Below, piece by piece: positions 58,894 to 64,000 of a stretch of DNA of 64,000 nucleotides; position 1 is the first letter of the stretch, and the number at the start of each line of letters is the position of its first letter. Source of the DNA: Yuukianura sp. NJ FZ-2021 (taxonomy: Eukaryota); NCBI GenBank assembly GCA_046563655.1, contig CM102287.1, forward strand, positions 10,044,001-10,108,000, in the 5' to 3' direction. The notes below the pieces were generated by a model that made no database searches, was not told the DNA's origin, and was given only the letters and a program-made list of their open reading frames with translations. The translations under genes were made by a program, and so were the position numbers.

Positions 58894-59948
58894 ACATAGA
58901 CTAAGAACTGTAAAGTATTTAAGAGCTTTCAGGAGAGAAGAGACAAAGGTTAAACCTTGACCCTGCACAGAGGTCACTTCAAGGGTCAAGTCACCGTCCC
59001 AAGGTCAATGTCAAGGTCAATGTCACTTGCTTTTGGAAGTTGGAGTTCCTCTCAGTTTAAGTAGCGAGTCACGTTTTCTAATTTATTTTGACACCAAATG
59101 AAGCGCCACTTCCAACACACGTAGAATCGCTGAGCGATTGTACAGCCGTGTTCGTATGTTTTGTGTTTAGAAAAAATGTTTTGTGAAAGTTTACCATTTG
59201 TAAGGTGAAATAGTACCAAAATAGTGAATTCCTAGGTGATACTATTAGTTTAGTTAATTTTAACGTAGGTGTGACGTTAAGGTTAACTTTACCATTACAT
59301 TTGTTTAGTGTAATTAACTTAACAAAGGAGGTTAAGTTAAACGCAGATCCGCAGTTGGTGTTTAGATTAAGAAAACTTTGTAAATACACGAAATTTTTAG
59401 GTTCCATCGCATGGTTTTTAGAAACAGACGCACCTTGAGCACATATTTTTCTTTGTTGTGAACTAGACCCACCAATATTTTGAAATTTAAGTTTTTGAAA
59501 AATTGTATTTTGGAAAATTTCGACTGAAGGGATAAGATGGCTGAGGAAGGGCAAAGATTGAAGCAAGAGGAAGAAAATACTTTTTATATTTTTTATTTTG
59601 AAACTATTCTTCTGAGATGTATTTAACAAAGTAATTATTACAAAAATTATGTAATAAGTTAATTGAAAACAAGTTAATTACCGTAACCTTGCTCCTCGTC
59701 GTCATGCTTTTTATCATGTCCAATTCCAATTGATTAACTAAATTGAGAAAGTGCCCGGAGTTGACCTTGTGATCATCACGCTAATTCAAGTTGCAAATTT
59801 AGTTTAAAGTTGGGTAAATTGTAATTAAAATGTAATTTTAGCTAAGGTAATTACTACTCAATCAGTGGAACGTCAATGTGTAGTAAATAAATTAGTTAAA
59901 AAAAATGGACAAACAGGAATTACGAACAAGTTTTTTTTTATTGCGAAT

Positions 59949-61829
59949 TTACGACGTTGTAGTTTCAGGCTGTGCTGGCGCTTGTGCTGGATCTGAGCGA
60001 GCGTATCCCGAGTATCTGCAAACCAAAACTCAGATTTAGTTTTAAAACATTGTGAGTTTTTAGGTTTTACTTTTGACAACTTAATACAAAAAAATAAGCA
60101 AAAATGAAATTGAAATTGTGAGTGAAAATACTTTGACGCCACATGAATAATTAAAAATATCATATATAATAAAAATGGACAAAATGCATAAGGCGAATTA
60201 TTTTTAATTTTAGATGGCGTCAAAACTAACAAAAAACTTTTATAATTTTTCAAAAGAAAAGTTTAACATTTTGAACTTTGCAGCGATTTCTATGGCTCAA
60301 GCGATCGGTTCAACATGAAGAACAACATTCGAAACTGTCGGAGTTGACAGGAGATTATACGAGTTAAAAAGGTTCCTCTCACTCCCTCTACTTTTCCCGC
60401 AACTCCAACTCCAATACAAAAAGCACTACAAGAGGAACCTCCCTATCTGCCTCTTTGCTCCGTATAATCTCCGATCAACTTTTCTGCTCTCTTGAATGCT
60501 TCCCGTGTAAAACACTCTTTCCAAAACACACCAAATCTTCCTCATTGTTCTAAATTTTTTAAAATTCAACTTTGCAGCGATTCCTGCGCTTCCATCGCTG
60601 GAATCAAGTTGCACAATAACATCTTACATAAAGTTGAGACAAAAAATGTTCAAAAAAACATCTCCAAATTTTTTAAATGCAGCCTTTTTTGAAAAAATTT
60701 AAAAAGCTTACTCAAAATGTTCTGGCTTGGTGACCTGGATAGGATTTCCATTCTGGAGGTAACCCATCGGTCGTGACTTGAAAATCGGTCGTCTACTGCC
60801 CGATTCAAGGCCAAGTCCACGTCCTTCATGGTCTGACGTTCCTTCAGCTTCAAGGCCATCCTGATTGATCATCAAAATTCCAAAATTTTAAAATTTTAAT
60901 TTATGAAATCCTTCTTAAAATTTTGAAACAGTTTACCCGAGCATATGCATAGTAGTCAAAATGAGCTGGCGGTTTTGGTGGGGCGGCGGCTGCCCCACCT
61001 TTGTCCTCCATTTCCACCACAGTGTTTGATTGGACAACGGAAGTTCCGGTGGGAACAGTTTGCGTTACGATGGGATTTGGAAGTGGGGCTGGTTGTTGCT
61101 GGTATACTTGTGGCAGTACTGCTTGCACCACCCCCTGATTGGGGTAAAGTACTTGGGCAGTATTTGGCACCGTGGCGGTCGTCGTCTGAGCTGAAGTCAC
61201 CGTGGATCCTGATAGCAGTTGTGGAACTCCTACGCCATTCATGGTCTGAGGAGCTGAAATTTCGGAAGGAAATGTTAAAAACTTCCAAATTTCCAATACC
61301 CAAATTCAAAATTTTGAAAAATTATGAATTTAAAGTTCGAAAAAGTTTTCAGACTTGAAATTAAGAACAACCTTGACTGACGCTGTATGAAAAATAAGAA
61401 AACGCAGAAATGAAAAACTATATAGAAAATACATAGGCCGAATTATTAAAAATTTTAACTGGCGTTAAACCAAGTCATAAAAACTGATTTTGCCAAACTT
61501 TTTTTTGAGCTGAATTTTGCAGCACTTTCTGTTAATCAGGCGTAAGGTTCAAGTTACAGGGCATCATTTCACATAATTTTGAAATTCCAATTCCAAAATT
61601 CAAAATTTCAAAACTTACAAGAGTAGTAGGGTTGTTGAAATTGCATTTGCATGGGAAACCCGAACTGATTTCCTATTCCGTATTGTTGCCCAATTCCATA
61701 CTGTTGGCCCATGTAGGGATAAGTAGTTGCATACATAGGGTATGTTCCGTAGCCATACTGCTGTGGGTAGTAGTAATTGGCAAACTGAGCACAACTAACG
61801 CCAACCAAGCCAAGAATGAGTAGCAACAT
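59949..61829 (-). CDS. Secreted low-complexity Q/Y/G/P/T-rich protein; exons 61619-61829, 60937-61253, 60712-60860, 59949-60015
   Basis: Signal peptide MLLLILGLVGVSCA, YYPQQYG and GQQYGI repeats, and four exons joining in frame through GT-AG introns. Confidence 0.75.
60131..60625 (-). mobile_element. Interspersed repeat, copy 2 (same family as 28175-29145), intronic
   Basis: Reverse-complement similarity to 28180-28480 and 29055-29145. Confidence 0.75.
61371..61572 (-). mobile_element. Interspersed repeat, short copy 3 (same family), intronic
   Basis: The reverse complement acgccagttaaaatttttaataattc...tatttttcatacagcgtca matches 29055-29139. A degenerate tgtaacttga...gctgcaaa module is also present. 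Confidence 0.65.
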
Positions 61830-62129
61830 TTTCAAAATTTTGAAAAAAAAGTGACAAAAACGTTTGAAAACAAATACCAAAATTTAAAAAAAGTGGGAAG
61901 ACTACTGATACTAGGAAGACAAACTGAGCGTTTAAATAGTGCTGAATTGAGGTCAAGTCCAAGGTAAGTGGGGCACAAGGTCACGCAGAAATCCCTGTTT
62001 GAACAGAAATTTTGAACAGGTACGGTAACCTTCACCTTCTTTTTCATTGTTACCCTTCTATTTACTGCTTTTTCCAAAAACAAAACTTTTTTTTGAAAAA
62101 TAATCTGCTAACTATGGTTTCTGTAACTG

Positions 62130-64000
62130 TTAACTTGTTTCAAAATTCCAAATTTTGCCATCTCGACATCCCGACCAAATCATTGAATAATTCGGATCAA
62201 AACAGGAATCTAAAACAGACGACCGCATTCCACACAAGGTCGTCACTTTGGCATTGATTTTTCGTATATCATAAACTGAGATCTGTTCAAACACAAAATG
62301 AAAATTAAGAAACCAACTCATTTTTCAGATTTTCAACTTTTTTCGAAATATTTTTGAAAAAGTGGTTACCGCGTTCTCTTCAAATCCGGAAGCAATGTAT
62401 TTCCCACAGGGTGAAAGTGCTGGACGGCAATTCTGTACAAATCTTTGCTTGTTCACATCCAGATCTCCAATGCGACAAACACATCTGAAATTAAAGATCC
62501 GTAATTACTTTACAATTACAAGTTACTATGAATTACTCTGTAATTACTGTGAACTACTTTATAATTACTGTGAACTACTTTATAATTACTATTAATTACA
62601 GTGTAATTACTTTGCAATTCGTAAGTCCCATATTTTGATTGGATCGTAGTGTGAATTTGTAGCTGTCAGGAACAAATCACAGAGGAAAGTCGCTGCAAGT
62701 CCTTTGGGCGTTTCGTTAATTCGAATTAAAGAAATTGGTTTCGAGTGAGCATTTGAAATTGACACAATTTCTTTTTCAGCATTGAGGTCAAACGCTGCCA
62801 AACACTTATTTGAACCACTCCATAGAATTGTACCTAACATATAAAAAAAATCAAAACTTCACGTTTTGAATAATTCAAAATTTTCAAAAATTAGAAAATG
62901 GGAGTGACTTGCTTGAATAAAATTGATTCGGTGCTGCTAGAGCTCTAATTTGCTTAGGACTCATTTGGAAACGACCAGCTTCCAGTGTTACCGAATTTGG
63001 TTCTTGAATTCGAAAAGCGTAGAGCACAATTTCGTTATCTTCTGGCTGGAGAATGAATTTGTCCAAGTAAAAAAATTGAGCATGAAGATGTTCTTTGAAT
63101 TTGAATTTGGAATTTGGCACTTGAAGTGAAAGAACTTCCTTCTCCAGTTTCCAGTTGACAATGTCAGTCTTTCCAGTATTAGTTCCAATCAACTAAAATT
63201 TTCAAAAATTCTTATCATTTTCAAAACGTTGAAAGAAAACAAAATAATTTTTAAACTTAAAACTTAAAAATCCTTACCAAATGATGTTTGTTGTTGAATG
63301 AGAACTGTAGGGAAGTAATCCGACTTGGATCTTTCAAAAGACACATCGGTTGAAACTGTGGATACGTTTTGAAAATGATCAAAGGCGCTGCATCTCCACC
63401 GACAGCCATTTCATGACCGTTGACACTAAAAGTCATGCGCATTTCAGACAGACTGGACAACCGCGTGGGTAAACACAGTCCATCGGATTTCACTTGCTCT
63501 TCAAACAAATTGGAGTATCCATCGTATCGTTTTTTCTGTGAGATGAAAACAGGACGAGCAGATACCGGAGGCGAGTCGTTTTCAGTTCCACTACCATTGG
63601 CATAGGGTTTTCTGGAAGAAGGTGCTGTTGGTGCTGTTGACATCCGACGATTGCGAAATGTCGCTGGAGAAGCGAGTGCTGCCGTAGTAAGCGACATTCG
63701 ACGGAATGCTGCTGGAGAAACCATTCCAGCCGAAACTGATGGCTTGACGGATTGACATTTCGGCGGAAGTTTTGAAGTTCCAGCGGAACTGGAACGTCTA
63801 AAATGAGAAATTCCAGAAGTCGGAGGACGCCTTTTCAGCGTACCGGCTGGAATGGGGCGTTTCGGAGGACGAGGACTAGAGAGCTTCTTCCGTAAAACGG
63901 ATTTCACTTCGATTGGTTTTCTAAAAACAAAAGTATTATTTTTCAAAAGCGATTAATTTTTTCAAAAAAAAAGTGTGAACTTACGTTGTGCAAATAGTGA
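62130..64000 (-). CDS. WDR27: WD repeat protein 27-like, 3' part (continues beyond the window)
   Basis: AQFFYLDKFIL, APNQFYS, AAFDLN, LFLTAT..IKIWDLR, LSPCGKYIASGFEENA and ISVYDIR match the WDR27 C-terminal motifs. The stop is at 62130. Confidence 0.75.
62525..62610. repeat. 21-bp intronic tandem repeat (taattactgtgaactacttta), about 3 copies
   Basis: Directly visible. Confidence 0.8.

Noticed and set aside
59078..59629. 183-aa minus-strand ORF
   Set aside because: AT-rich, no recognisable domain, and antisense to the MFSD14 3' UTR.

Overview
Gene-dense eukaryotic DNA with short AT-rich introns. Gene content suggests an arthropod, probably a pancrustacean. About 15 spliced genes were reconstructed by hand. 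In order: even-skipped (+), a GH18 chitinase (-), a BNIP2/PRUNE2-like BCH protein (+), an EF-hand/WD40 protein (+), FAIM (+), a thyroglobulin type-1 repeat protein (+), CFAP410/C21orf2 (-), FAM136A (+), UDP-glucose pyrophosphorylase (+), an orphan gene (+), a claudin locus (+), a paralog of the orphan (+), RNASEK (-), MFSD14/HIAT1 (+), a secreted Q/Y/P-rich orphan (-) and the 3' part of a WDR27-like gene (-). Several non-autonomous transposon-like repeats are also present. The most striking feature is the claudin locus. A Kune-kune-like and a Sinuous-like N-terminal half can each splice in frame onto one shared 3' half. Its UGA-C stop is followed by a 47-codon open frame ending in a PDZ-ligand-like VTEL. 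The nuclear-receptor DR1 13-mer AGGTCAAAGGTCA is also highly over-represented. Family assignments come from recognised motifs, not database searches. Exon boundaries are inferred from splice consensus and reading frame only.
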